Counted from the stretch's first letter, positions 34,325 to 46,726 are shown. The stretch is DNA of 64,000 nt from the human T2T-CHM13v2.0 reference genome, Homo sapiens (GCF_009914755.1 NC_060931.1), one strand, 5' to 3'. A program made the numbers and translations. The notes: generated by a model from the letters alone, not told the origin.

Positions 34325-34550
34325 GTAATAACAATAGCTAACAATTTTATAACAATGATAATTGGCTAGGGAAAGTTCTAAGCACTTTAGATACATAAAA
34401 TCATGTAATCAGAAATTCTAGTAATATTGGTACTAATATTATCTTCTTTTTACAGCATATAGACTGAGTCACCAAGAATTTTAAGGACTTGTCCAAGATA
34501 GCACAATTACTCAGTGGCAAACACAGGAAGTTTGGCTTTATATGAGCCTC
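34325..34550 (-). mobile_element. MIR
   Basis: AATAACAATAGCTAACAATTT...GTTCTAAGCACTTTA...GACTTGTCCAAGATAGCACA. Confidence 0.7.
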
Positions 34551-34754
34551 TTTTGATTATTCTATAGCAATTTCAGCATAGCTCTGTAAATTGCTGAACT
34601 GGAGTTTGATTTATATTCACATGATAATACACTGACTGAAATACATATGTATGGACATGTGCACATACAAGTAGTTCCACATATGCATGCACAGGCATCC
34701 ACATGGTCACACACATACACAACTTCTTAAGGGTCAAAGTTTCACAAGAGAAAG

Positions 34755-34900
34755 GGCAGCAATGCTGGAGTCAGATCTGAGACTGAATCCTGGTCCTACC
34801 TTTTCCAGCTGTGCGCATCACTTAAACTCTACCCCTCAGTGTTTCTCATATGGAATATGAGTTTAATGATGATTTCCTTGAAGGATTAAGGAGCCGAAGC
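34755..34900 (+). mobile_element. MIR
   Basis: CTGGAGTCAGATCTGAGACTGAATCCTGG...CACTTAAACTCT..CCTCAGT. Confidence 0.7.
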
Positions 34901-35904
34901 TGGAGCTAGTCATTAAAAACCCTGGTATTTTTTATTATTTTGTTCTTAATATCTTATTAAGAACAATTTTCTTTTGTTGGTGACTAAGAAAGAATTGTTC
35001 TCTAGACATGGCTTATTAGAGTTGGGGCCTCCATTCTGATTTTTCTCCCCAAATTATCCTGTTTCTGTCTTTGCCCTTTTCTCTGCTAGGCTACTAGATG
35101 TATGTGTGGCTGTGTCTCAGACCTCAGAATTTGAAATCTCTCTTCAATTTCCTGCTGTTACCTGCTTGAGTTTCATTTATAAAGAGTGGGGTCAGCAAGA
35201 AAATGGACTTATTAACCACATTCTCTGGTGCTGTACCAATTCTCCTTAAGGCTTCCCAGCATGGCCTGGCTTGTCCTCAGAGTCCGGTGGTTCAACGGGG
35301 AGGGGGAGGGAGCTGGGGAGGCTGTGGCAAAAACTAGGTCAACCTCAAAACAAAAACTCTCACAGAAACCTTTGCTTGAGCATCTAAAATCTCTAGTTTT
35401 AATACTGAATTCCACAGTTTCTTGGGTCCTGTTATGGAAATTAGGCACATCTTTTCGGGTATTTTACATTTTGGTACTATCATTGGAAAACAAAGCAAAG
35501 CAAAGCTAGACACAAAAGCCCCCTTTTCCCTCATTGCTTCTGATAATTGCATTGTTATTTTGAAACTAGAGAGTGACATTTGATTTCCTGTTAACTGTTT
35601 TTCTGCAATGTTTTGGAATTTTACCTTTTGAACAAGGTTGTGGCCTGGAACAAAATTTGGCCTGTGAGTAGCCCTAAAATAACAGGTGGCTCTAAGTATT
35701 TCAAAACCAAGGTTCCTAATCACAATCGTCTTCTTTATGTTTATACTATTTCTACAGCATAGATCTTGTTACATTGAATGTAGAGAGGCACAAAAAATCT
35801 CATAAGCCTTCCATGATTTCTCCTTGCTGAGTTAATAATTTCTTTCTCTATTTCTAGAGCTTATTTGTATTAAATCCTTTATTATGGTCTGCCTGTGTCA
35901 GAGC

Positions 35905-35948
35905 TATCTATCCATTTATTCGTTTTTCTACCTGTCCATATATCTGTA

Positions 35949-35987
<39 letters not shown>

Positions 35988-36078
35988 CCTACCTACCTAC
36001 CTGTCTATCTATCCATACATCTATCAATACACCTGTTTATCCACCTGTCTATCTAGCTGTCTGTCATCATCTATCTGT
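35905..36078. repeat. Compound STR, core (CTAT)9(CTAC)4 at 35949-36000 with degenerate flanks
   Basis: Counted directly. Confidence 0.95.
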
Positions 36079-36612
36079 CACATTCCTATTTGTTCTACTA
36101 ATGTGTGGTTTTCTGGGAGAGCAGGGGGCAGAGCACATGCCTTCTTCTTCTTTTCTTTTTTTTTTTAATTAGGTCTCACGGATACCAGCTCAATGTTTTA
36201 CAAACAGTAGTGCTTTAAAATACTTGTTCTTTTGGGTGCTTTGATTCAAAATAAACACATGTAAAAAACAATAATTTAGACTTTCACTGAATACTTTTGT
36301 CTTTTGTACCTGTCCTTTCCATCTCTTATCTCTGACAACAGAAGACCTTCTTACATACCACTTTCAGTACTATAGTGCAAAGAGATCATCCAAAAAAATC
36401 AGTGGGAGGCGATGAGTTGGCAAAGTGCCAGCTTGATAGTGTGAGGTGAAACATAGCTCTAAAATTTCAATATATCTTGGTTAGAACAATGAAAATTGTT
36501 ATGCCCAAGACATTTCAGGAAGGAAGGAATATGGCTGTAAAAACAAGACCAAAAATTGTTACATTTATGAATTTCAGTGCCAATTGTGTTTGTTGATATA
36601 ATAAACACATTT

Positions 36613-36936
36613 AAAAAAATATTTTACTTTACTTTAAGTTCTGGGATACATGTGCAGGTTTGTTACATAGATATACGTGTGCCATGGTGGTTTGTTGCAC
36701 CTATCAACCCATCATCTAGGTTTTAAGCCCCGCATGCACTAGGTATTTGTCCTAATGCTCTCCCTCCCCTTTCCCTCCAGCCCCTGACAGGCCCTGGTGC
36801 GTGATGCTCCCCTCCCAGTGTCCCTGTGTTCTCATTCTTCAACTCCCACTTATGAGTGAGAACATGCAGTGTTTGATTTTCTGTTCCTGTGTTAATTTGC
36901 TGAGGATGATGGCTTCCAGCTTCATCCGTGTCCCTG
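36613..36936 (-). mobile_element. L1PA8-like 3' end
   Basis: ACTTTAAGTTCTGGGATACATGTGCAG...TTTTAAGCCCCGCATGCA. TSD AATAAACACATTT (36600-36612) / AATAAGCACATTT (36937-36949). Confidence 0.92.
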
Positions 36937-37063
36937 AATAAGCACATTTTTATTTTCTGTGTTCTTAAAGGAAGCATTATATCTGAACAAATCAGCATTG
37001 GTACAAGATGGAAGGCTTTTCTTTGGAAGAGCAACATTCAATTGCAGTGGCTTTGAATGCCTC

Positions 37064-37301
37064 TTTTTTTTTTTTTTTTTTTTTTTTTTGACAGTCTCTC
37101 TCTGTCGCCCAGGCTGGAGTTCAGTGGCACGATCTCAGCTCACTGTAACCTCTGCCTCCCGGGTCAAGCAATTCTCCTTCCTCAGACTCCTGAGTAGCTG
37201 GGATTACAGGCGTGCACCACCACGCCTGGCTAATTTTTTTGTATTTTTAGTAGAGACGGGGTTTCACCATGTTGGTCAGGCTGGAGCCACGGCGCCCGGC
37301 C
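37064..37301 (-). mobile_element. AluS with an internal deletion in the left monomer
   Basis: T-tail, full right arm, then CAGGCTGG joined directly to AGCCACGGCGCCCGGCC. TSD core TGAATGCC at 37054-37061 and 37302-37309. Confidence 0.96.
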
Positions 37302-38058
37302 TGAATGCCATTTTTGCCTGATTGCCTTGATTTCAGATCATCGCTTGCTGCCACACTTGAGGCATCTGCATATGAATCTCACATGTAGTTGAGAAATCAT
37401 GGATGTGGCAACTGTGAGTGTTTGAAGAAGTGAAGCATTGCTGTACTCACAAAATGCCATGGTGAGGCATTTGACTTTCTGATTTATAGTTACAGTAATG
37501 AGGATTCCAAGTGTGATTTTCTGAGCCAGGTTTGAGGCCATCTTCTCATTCATTTTTGTTGACAGTCACCAATCGTTAGCCTGGTGCTTGTCTGCCACCT
37601 ACTAGATAAATATTTGTTGAATATAACAGAATTAAAGCAATGGGCATTGATGTGCCAGACCTAATACTAGATGCCAGAAAGTAGAGAGATAAGTTTGTTG
37701 TTAAATGCAAATGACAGTGCTACCTAATAGGTACACAGAATCAAGCAGAGACATTCTCCGTGAATTTTGAATGTTAAAGAGGAATAATCTCTGGGGAATG
37801 GGAAAGGACTTTTCACCGTATTAGCAAGCATGGGCAGAGACATCACTGTGTGGAGGAGCAGGGCATTTCAGGGAGGAGGGAGAATTTTAGCCATTGGTTA
37901 TAGCATGGTGTAGGGATTGTGGCCACATGGAAAAGAGGTATAATCTAGTGGCCAAATTGTGTTTCTGTTCCAGGTTTGGGTTTTTCTCCTGAAAGTGACA
38001 AGGATCAATTGAAGCATGGCCATGCAGAAACATGGGCTGGGATGCTTTCTCTCTAGAT

Positions 38059-38284
38059 CAAGCTTGTCCAACCCATGGACTGTAGGCCTCATGTGGCCCA
38101 GGACAGCTCTGAATGTGGCCCAACACAAATTCATAAACTTTCTTAAAACATTATGAGGTGTTTTTTTGCAATTTTTTTTTTTTTAGCTCATCAGCTGTCA
38201 TTAGTATTAGTGTATTTTATTTGTGGCCCAAGACAATTCTTCTTCCAAGGTGGCCCAGGGAAGCCGAAAGATTGGACACTCCTG
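38059..38284. mobile_element. MER30 hAT-Charlie MITE with perfect 8-bp TSD
   Basis: CAAGCTTGTCCAACC...GATTGGACACTCCTG, flanked by CTCTAGAT at 38051-38058 and 38285-38292. Confidence 0.96.
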
Positions 38285-38479
38285 CTCTAGATGGTGAAAA
38301 GATTACCCAGGGCTGGAACAAAGAGAAGGTTGTCTCTATGGGACTTCCAGTTCTCTGCTGTCAGAACAGATGCATCTGTGGTGCCACAGTGTGTCTCTCA
38401 CTTTTTCAACCCATAGGCAGTAGCCAGCAGCTTCTACCACAAGTTACAGTGAGACAGAATCAATGGGAGGAAATTTTTT

Positions 38480-39925
38480 TTCCAAGTGTTTATTATAAAA
38501 TGTTTCAAAACTGCAGAAAAGTTGAAGAAATAATAAAACAAACACCCATTTACTTACCATCTAGCTTCAACAATTATTAAAATTTTGCTGTATATGCTTT
38601 ATTTTCTTTGTGTATGTAAATTACCTGGACTGTAATTTATTTTTTTCTTGTATCTCCTTTATTTTCCAGAAACTTGAAATTAAACCTAAAGACCTTATTA
38701 GACTCAAATCACATATTTTTGGCAAGAAAATTGTATTGTTCATGCTATCAATTGCCTTTTGTGTTATATGAGAAGGTAGGTGATAATAAATTATCCTTTG
38801 GACTTACTTGTTTCTTGGAGCATTTCTTTGATTTCTGGTCCAAAATATCCAAAGTTTATCTTGTAATTCTCTTGCTTGATTCCTGTTAGTAAGGAATATT
38901 ATTTAGAAGCCAAGATCTGAATTGATTGATATTGGGATGACATTGCTTCCACGTTCATTGTATGGAGCTAGGAAATATGTGTATGTATATATATATATAT
39001 GATATATATACAAATACATATATATAATTTATGTGAGAAAAATAATATATACATATTCATATTTCCAATTAAAATTTAACCAAGTAGTATATTTTGTGGA
39101 ATTTCTTTGATATTGTCTCCTTCTTACACTGAAAAATCTGGGTATTTCACAAATTGCCATTTTTACATAATCATCACAATATGCATATTTTAAAAATTAT
39201 AATATTAATGCTACTATTAAAATCACCAAAAGAGGCTTTGCTTTCTTTGCACGTTTCCTTGTATCCTGAATAGATCCCTCTAAGAATGTATACATATGCA
39301 GTCAGAGCATTCTGTTACACAACAGCTTGAAATAATTATTTTCTATGTGATTATATTACCAAGTTCATAGATGTAGACTCATTTGTTTCAGTTCTTTTTT
39401 TAATTTTTTAGTTTTCTTTTTTCCGTTTTGATCTAAAGTGATTTTTTGATCACATAAAATATTGCATTCAAAACAAGGTACACTCAGACACTCAGAGAAG
39501 TTTCATTCCCATCCCTTTACCCTCCACCCCACTTTGACTCCCATGCTATTTCCTTCTTCATTTACCCAGAATTTCTTTTTGCAAAAATACATCACTAGGT
39601 GTATTTGTACTTTTATTTCTACTACAACACTGAAAGGATTCAATAATCACTGCTGTGCACTTTAAAATACAGTCTGGGACTATCTCTATTTCAATACATA
39701 GAAATTTTGCTCATTTTTTCTTACAGCTGAGTGATATGTCATTGTGTGAATATACCACATATACAAGCAGTTCCTTAACTAAAGGTATTTGAGTTGTTTC
39801 CTGTCTTCTGCTTTGTAAACTGTGACACAGAACATGACCTTGTTCATATAATGCTTCATATTTACAGAATATACCATCTGGGTAGATTCCTAGAAGGTGG
39901 ATTTCTGGTTCAAAGTGTTTCTGTG

Positions 39926-39974
<49 letters not shown>

Positions 39975-40190
39975 GGAGAGAGAGGGAGAGAGAGGGAGAG
40001 ATTTTTATAGATACTGCCAAAATATACTCTATAAGACTTATTATATTATACAATATATGACTATGCCTGTTTCATCATAGCTTCATCATGAGTTTTGTCA
40101 AACATCAGGAAGTTTTACTGATTTGATGAATGAGAATTGGATCTAAATCTAATTTTCACATGTATTTTTCTTATATTTATTAGGAGTAAA
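38480..40190 (-). mobile_element. Old L1MC/L1ME 3'-end remnants
   Basis: TTTCAAAACTGCAGAAAAGTTGAAG...TTCAACAATTATTAA; GGTAGATTCCTAGAAGGTGGATTTCTGG. Confidence 0.65.
39933..40001. repeat. (TG)12(AG)9 followed by GA-rich 10-mer units
   Basis: Counted directly. Confidence 0.97.
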
Positions 40191-40547
40191 TTTGATACCT
40201 TCTGAACTTGTTTCTTGTATATAGATTTGCTGATTATTAATCTACAGTGGGTAAACATTTAAGAAACTGAGCAGATGGCTGCAAAACATCTAACTGGAGC
40301 TTTTGAAAATCTCATGGTTCTAAAAGGCAAAATTATGTTTCAGGACCAACTCAGGGAAGAAGTTCATTGGTACAAACCCCACACCATGGGACCCCTGGAG
40401 GACTATACCTTAGAAGCAGGGATGAAAGAGAGGTAGGTTGAGCCTTTAAAAGTCTGAAAACTGACCTCAGGCCAAGGCACCCCTGATGGGATTAAGGTGA
40501 TCTGTTCTAACCCCAGTAACTTGCCTAAAACAAAAAGTAGAGGTAAT

Positions 40548-40637
40548 GCCCAGTCATCACCAGTGTGCAATACATTCATGTAACACAACTGTACCTGTAC
40601 CCCTTAAGTCTATAAAAATAAAAATAAGTAAAAAAAG
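40548..40637 (+). mobile_element. Short L1PB/L1PA16-like 3' terminus
   Basis: CATCACCAGTGTGCAATACATTCATGTAACAC..CTGTACCCCTTAAGTCTATAAAAATAAAA. Confidence 0.8.
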
Positions 40638-42934
40638 AATAGCTAACATTTTGTCCTTTATGTTTATGAGGCTTATCATCTGGCAAAGGAGTCATTAAAG
40701 TAATAAAAAAAACCCCAGCAACACAATGTTTTAGAGTTTATAATTGAAGACAGCATTGATCCTAGGATAGCACAGGGACACTGATTAAGGTCCATCCTGG
40801 AGGAAGGGGTTTTCTTCATTGACTCTTATGGGAGATGATATTTGAGATAAATGATAAGACATGGAAGAAAGTCACTGGGTAAATGAGGGATTTCTGTGTG
40901 CTTGTGCTGCAGGAAGACAGAGAAGAGATTGACAAAGGCAGCTAGGTGTGAAATTGTGGATTAGGACAATGGCAAGAATTTCAGTGTCTTGAAGCTTGCT
41001 CAGCACATGGGCAAGTATGAGGACATGAAGTGGGACAGGAATTAAGTATTTTTCTTTACCTTGAATGATTTTAAGGAAGATAGGCATAAGTTAGTGTACT
41101 TTAGAAATGTGACTCTGGCCACTGTATAAGGGTTATGAGTCAGCTAATAAAGAGGTAGTTTCAGTTGTGAATATAAACTACAGTGGGAGACAGAATTGTG
41201 GACACCCAAGAATTAAAGAAGCCTTAGTTTTTATCTCACTTATCTTCATAACGACAGTAGGGGTATTAACTATTAGAGATTCAAATACTAGGTTATAAGG
41301 TTAGATATGTTTAGGTATATAATAAAAGCAGCTTTATTTGTTCCGTATTTAGTTTCAAAATACTTTGAATCCCTTTCCACTAGTACGGGTGATGTAATTT
41401 CAGTTAATTGGGTAAAGTCTGGTAACGGCTCATTCCTGGCATCTGCCGCAGCCTTTCAGCTGAGGGCATTAGGTTCTAGGCAGTTGTTCCTTCTTGGGGC
41501 ATAGGGACGTTGTCTCTCTTTTCTAAGCTGAAATCCTTTGCAGCATTCTCACTCCTTGTCAGTCCCTGGCAGGTTTGCAGGGGTCACATCCAGACCTTTG
41601 TGTCTCATGCCTGGACCTCAAGTTTTAAAACTTCAAAGCCAGTATTTGTCTGTTTTATTCAGTTCTTTACCATCCATTTTGGAAAAGCATTTCCTGGAAG
41701 CAATGGATGCCTCACGGTCTAGTTCCCAAGTTGGCATTACTACAGGGTAACAGGAAATACTGCAGGAAAACATGTCAGTTGATATTCCAGAATTTTAAAT
41801 TGACACATTTATGTCTCCATATTTACATGTGAAGAGTCAACACTTAACGAGATGACTGTCAGCAGTCAAAGATGTGAGGAAGGACTGAGAGGACAGATTT
41901 GATGTTTAGATTTCACATCAGAATATATGTGGTTGGGGGAAGAGGTATTTGACTTGAATAAGAAGCTAATGTGAACAGAAAGCCAGGTTGCAAAAAATAC
42001 ATAAACAAGTAATTCAACCAAATTGCCTTTCAGAATCAAAATGGAGGGGTGAGGAACTGTGTAAGTTGATAATTATGTTGCTATGGTTCCTTTTCCTGAT
42101 TGGAACAATGCTATTGAAGAGTTGGTTATTTTAAGCTGACATCTGGTAACATTTAATTTATTGGGAAAAGAACTTGGTTTGCATTCAGATGTATATTTTA
42201 AAATCATAACTTCTATTGCATTTTGGTGTAGGTATGCAAATCAAAATTAGAAATTAGTTGTTTACTGTGTTAGACTTCTTGAAAGTAAATACATGTACTT
42301 TTCAAGAAAACAATGCTGGGTATTTGGCATATTTGAGAAGATTATCCCAGAGGTAGTAATGGAAACATCATCAGGTTGGGAGTGGGACAGAACTATGGCC
42401 ATGTAATGTTTCCACTGCCTACTAAGCATGCAGCCAAGACTAAGCTAATTAAACTCCTTGAACCTTACTTTTCTAATTTATGGAGCAGTATAACATTCTT
42501 TTACATGCAATAGGATGTGCAATATTCTGACGAGACTCTGTTTCCATTATCCTAGACTGCCATTCCCGTGGTTACAGCTATTGAAATGACACCCATAGAA
42601 AACAGAAGAAAATAATTAGCTTCCACTCATTTCCAAACCCAGTACTGTGAGTTAAAAATTAACCACAAAGCATAAATGTATTTTTGTATGATACATCCTA
42701 AAGAATATTTAAAGGCATTCTGAGTTTGCTATTAAATTTATCTTGTGGTGGAAAAATCTTTCTTTCCCACACACAGTGGCTTGCATTACTTTGTTAAATG
42801 TACACTTATTGAACCCTTTCTTGGAACATTGAAAGCTACACTTATTGAACCCTTACAGGGCACATTGCAAATCTTGGGGGAATGGCACTTCAAGTGACAT
42901 TGTGCCAAGTAGGAGATATTATAAGACATAAGAG

Positions 42935-43735
42935 CAGTGCCATGCCAAGCCAAATAGGAGTCTGAGACAAAAAGAAAATCAATAATACTGAGCCAGGCTT
43001 TATTTAAAATTTTTTTATATTTTGTTTATTATGATGACTGGTTTTATGGGCCATCTTAACTTAACTTAACTGGGCCACAAAGTGCCCAGGTATTTGTCTA
43101 AATACTATTCTGGGTGCTTCTCTGGGGGTGTTTTGGGATGAGATTAACGTTTAAATTAGTAGACTAAGTACAGAAGATTGCTCTCTCTAATGTGGGTGCG
43201 CTTCATCCAATTGCTTGAAAGCCTGAGTAGTACAAAAAGACTGACCTTCCCCAAGTGAGAGGACATTCCTCTTGCCTAATAGCCTCAGATTGGAACATCA
43301 GCACTTTTCCTGCCTTCAGATCTGAACTAAAACATTGGTTATCCGTGGGTAGTTAGCCTGCCAGCCTTTAGACTAGAACTTACACCATCAGATGTCTTGG
43401 TCTTCGGGCCTTTGGACACAGGCTGGAGCTACACCATAGCTCTCCGAGGTCTCCAGCTTGCAGGCAGACCCACCCCACAGAACCTGGGACTTTTCAGCCT
43501 CCATAATCATCTGCCAGTTTTTCATAATAACTCTTTTCTTTCTTTCTCTCTGAAACTCTAATACATTCATATTGGATTTTTACATTGATATTTTTTTTTG
43601 AATATTACATTAAAATATTATATCTCTTGATAACTAAGATTTTTAGTGCTTCTTTAGATTGTGCATCAATGTGAGTGTCTAACTCATAGATCTGTGCATC
43701 AAATGTGAGTATCTAACTCACCTTACCCAGACCTG
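42935..43735 (-). mobile_element. MER96B-like hAT MITE split by an MLT2 LTR
   Basis: CAGTGCCATGCCAAGCCAAATAGGAGTCTGAGACAAAAAGAAAATCAATAATACTG...TTTATTTAAAATTTT; resumes after 43570 and ends CTCACCTTACCCAGACCTG. Confidence 0.75.
43030..43565 (+). mobile_element. MLT2 (B/C/D-type) ERVL solo LTR
   Basis: CTGGGCCACAAAGTGCCCAG...GGATGAGATTAACGTTTAAAT...CTCTAATACA; 5-bp TSD TTTAT/TTCAT. Confidence 0.88.
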
Positions 43736-43849
43736 GACTTGCATAGGAGATAGTAAAGCACAACTCCCCATCAAATTGCCTCTTGAGAAACGCAGAAGCT
43801 TTCCTCACCTTCTTTCTGCCTCCATTCTTTACAATTCTACACATCATGT

Positions 43850-44520
43850 TTGCCAAATCCATTCTGTCTCTTTCACTATTGCCAATGGCTCTAAACCTCA
43901 CTCTTATTATTGCAATAGTTTCCTGTTTTGCTTATTTTTTCTCCAGCCATTAATCCCTCAATCCGTTCTTTACACACTTTTAAGGGGTTATCTTTTAAAA
44001 ACACAATTCTGATTTCATCAATACTCTCTTTAAAATGCCTTTTTTTTAACTCACCATTTCCAGTCTTCTTAGCACTGTACTTAGCTATGTTTCCAACTTT
44101 GTTTTATGCCTTTTGCTCTTGATAATACCCAGTTAGCTCAAATGACACCACAGTGCTTACCAAGATTAAACAGGCAATGCCCTTTAACTGTGTTAGCTAT
44201 GTTCATGTGCAGCTTCTCCTGCCAGGCTCTGATGAACTCTACTTATTTTTCACCATGATGCATAATTGCTATCATCTCAACTTTGATTTTTACTCCCCCT
44301 ACAATGAAAAGTTTTATCTCTTCTCCTCTGTATTTCATAGTACTTATCATTATCTTGAAAATAATAGTAATCTTTACCCTGGAATTTTAATTATATGCTT
44401 AGAAATTCATCTCCCCCAACAAGCTGTTGGGGAGGGAAAGACGTTGCTGTCCTTATCCATGAATCTTTTACACATATCTCAGTGCCTAGCCTAGATGAGT
44501 CTGGTTGTTGAGCAAAGAAG
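43850..44520 (+). mobile_element. Degenerate L2 3' region
   Basis: TTCACTATTGCCA..TATTGCAATAGTTTCCT..CAATCCGTTCTTTACAC; terminal CAGTGCCTAGCCTAG..GTTGTTGAG. Confidence 0.55.
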
Positions 44521-46027
44521 TACCATACAGTAGAAAGTCATAAGTGTTATGAAAGAGGATGGCTTTACAGGTATCAGATGATGAGAGAAATAAGTGGAAT
44601 AATGGGGAAAAATCCCTAGAAATTATAATTCTCCAGGAGCTTGGTATCTAAAATTTGGTATGTCTGGCACCAAATGACAGTGATATATTGGAGACTCTAT
44701 AGCCAAGAATCTTATACATGTTAAAACAAGAAATAAGAGATCCACACCATTTATTTTGAATGCAATTAATATATATATAAATCCAAATTTCTATTTAAAT
44801 TGGAAGATATAAAAAGCAATGTTTAAAAGTATGAGAAACTAAAAAACTTAGCTATTTGGCAAAGAATTCTAACTTCTTAATTTTGTATATATTGTACTTT
44901 GCCCCAAGAAACTAAAATCTCTGGAGCTCTATTCATCTAAACACTGGTCTTGCTTTATTAGTGAATAGTCTCACCATCACTCCATTCTATCCCTCCACAA
45001 TTTTTCTACCAGAATCTGTGTTGGTTACCCTAAAATATTTTGCATATACTGACTGCCTCCAGCCAGTAACTTATTTCTGCCTGTGTGAGTTGTTTTCAAT
45101 AATGGATCCTTAGTTCTTATAATCTGGGTATGGATTATTTTCCACAACTCTCCCCATGGCTTTATTTTAGACAGGGAGCCTCCAGGAATACATCTTTTCC
45201 TATGATTCTAAACTTCAATCAAGATAAATGCAACATCACTGGTTTGTGTCACCTGACATTGGTCCCAGGTTTAGTCTTATTTGTCAACCACTGAGTAATT
45301 TGCTCACAGATTCTGGCTAAGAAATCTGCATCTAGCTAGAGTCTATTCACCTAAAGTTTCCATTATTTTTAAAGAAATCAAATATTTTGCATACCATATC
45401 TGTCATTTCTTGAAAAAGAAAAGTGAAAACTGATCCAGATTCTTCTTCAATAGGGATCTTAATTACTGTAAGTATTTGAAAACATCACTTTTCTGGCCTT
45501 CTTGAGCTCTGAAGTTCAGTGATCATATAATCTCCATAGTCAACACTGTGCATATTCATTTAAAGTATGTGCTTTTATGCAAGTACCTCAGATATATGTT
45601 TTCAGTACTGTGAATACTGAAGAGGCAAAAAGCAGTTTATTTTATGCCTATCCTTTCACTCTCTAGGATAACACTTTTTATTTATATAGTTTTTAGTTTT
45701 TAAATACTAGGTAAGGATGAATAATTATCTCCAAATTACAGATGAGGTTAAGAAACCTATACTCTAGGTCACACAGAAGAGAAGAGACAGAACCATAATT
45801 CCAGCTTAGAGTCTATGATTGCAAGTACAACATTCCTTGTAAAATACTATTGTATAATCTTTCCCCTCAATGAGACAGAAAATTTGAGGTTTAAAAAATT
45901 AATTAAAATTATTGACTTTGAATATTTGTTGATTGCAATCACCAAAGATTTTTCTACTACAAACGTTCACTTTTTAAAAAGTAAATTATAAGTTAAGATT
46001 CTCTTTTTAAAAAAAATCCCAGAACAC

Positions 46028-46304
46028 CCCCGGGGCAGTGGTGGGTGCACATAGTCCAGTGGGAGGATTGCTTGAGCCCAGGAGTTCTGGGCTGTCATGC
46101 ACTGTGACCATGAGGTGTCCACACTAAGTTCCACATCAATACAGTGACCTCCTGGGAGTGAGGGACCAACAGGTTGTCTAAGGAGGAGTGAAGCAGCCCA
46201 GGTCAGAAATGGAGCATGTCAAAACTTTCATGCTGATCAGTAGAGGAATTGTACCTGTGAATAGCCACACTGCAGCCTGGGCAACATAGCAAGAGAGTCT
46301 CTTT
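46028..46304 (+). pseudogene. 7SL (SRP) RNA processed pseudogene, near full length
   Basis: Alu-domain ends plus S-domain (GGTGTCCACACTAAGTTCCACATCAAT, TAAGGAGGAGTGAAGCAGCCCAGGTCAGAAATGGAGCATGTCAAAAC, GCTGATCAGTAG). TSD AAAAAAATCCCAGAACA / AAAAAAATCCAGAACA. CpG-decayed, with a ~18-nt deletion near 46058. Confidence 0.96.
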
Positions 46305-46346
46305 AAAAAAATCCAGAACAGAGAACATATTATCTTGCCAATTTAA

Positions 46347-46649
46347 TTTTTTTTTTCTTAGAGACAGGGTCTCACTCTGTTGTCCAGACTGGAGTTCTGT
46401 GGCATTAATGTGGCTCACTGCAACCTCGAACTCCTGGCTTCAAGCAATCCTCCTGTCTCAGCTTCCCAAGTAGCTAAGAGTACAGGTGTGTGCCCCATGC
46501 CCAGATAATTAAAAAAAAAAAAAACATTTTGTAGAGATAGGGTTTTGCTATGTTGCCCAGGTGGGTCTTGAACTCTTGGCCTTAAGCAGTCATCCCACCT
46601 TGATCTTCCAAGTCATTGGGATTGCAGGCATGAGCCACTGTGCCCAGCC
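46347..46649 (-). mobile_element. AluJ
   Basis: Dimeric Alu with J diagnostics (GACAGGGTCTCACTCTG, CAAGCAATCCTCC, GCTATGTTGCCCAGG). Confidence 0.95.
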
Positions 46650-46726
46650 TAATCTTTGTGCAAAGATGTTAGGGGGCAGAGGGCTGGCAATCTCCTGGGG
46701 ATGACATGCAGAAAGTCAAACACCAC

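Noticed and set aside
35884-36168. 94-aa ORF with YLSI repeats
   Set aside because: Translation of the (CTAT)n microsatellite.
36959-37321. 120-aa ORF (and similar at 51061-51629)
   Set aside because: Antisense Alu-derived peptide; a known annotation artefact.
42801-42872. Repeat-spacer-repeat pattern resembling CRISPR
   Set aside because: Only two copies, eukaryotic context, no cas genes; a simple duplication.
46028-46304. Functional 7SL RNA gene
   Set aside because: TSD-flanked, CpG-decayed, internally deleted; a retrocopy.
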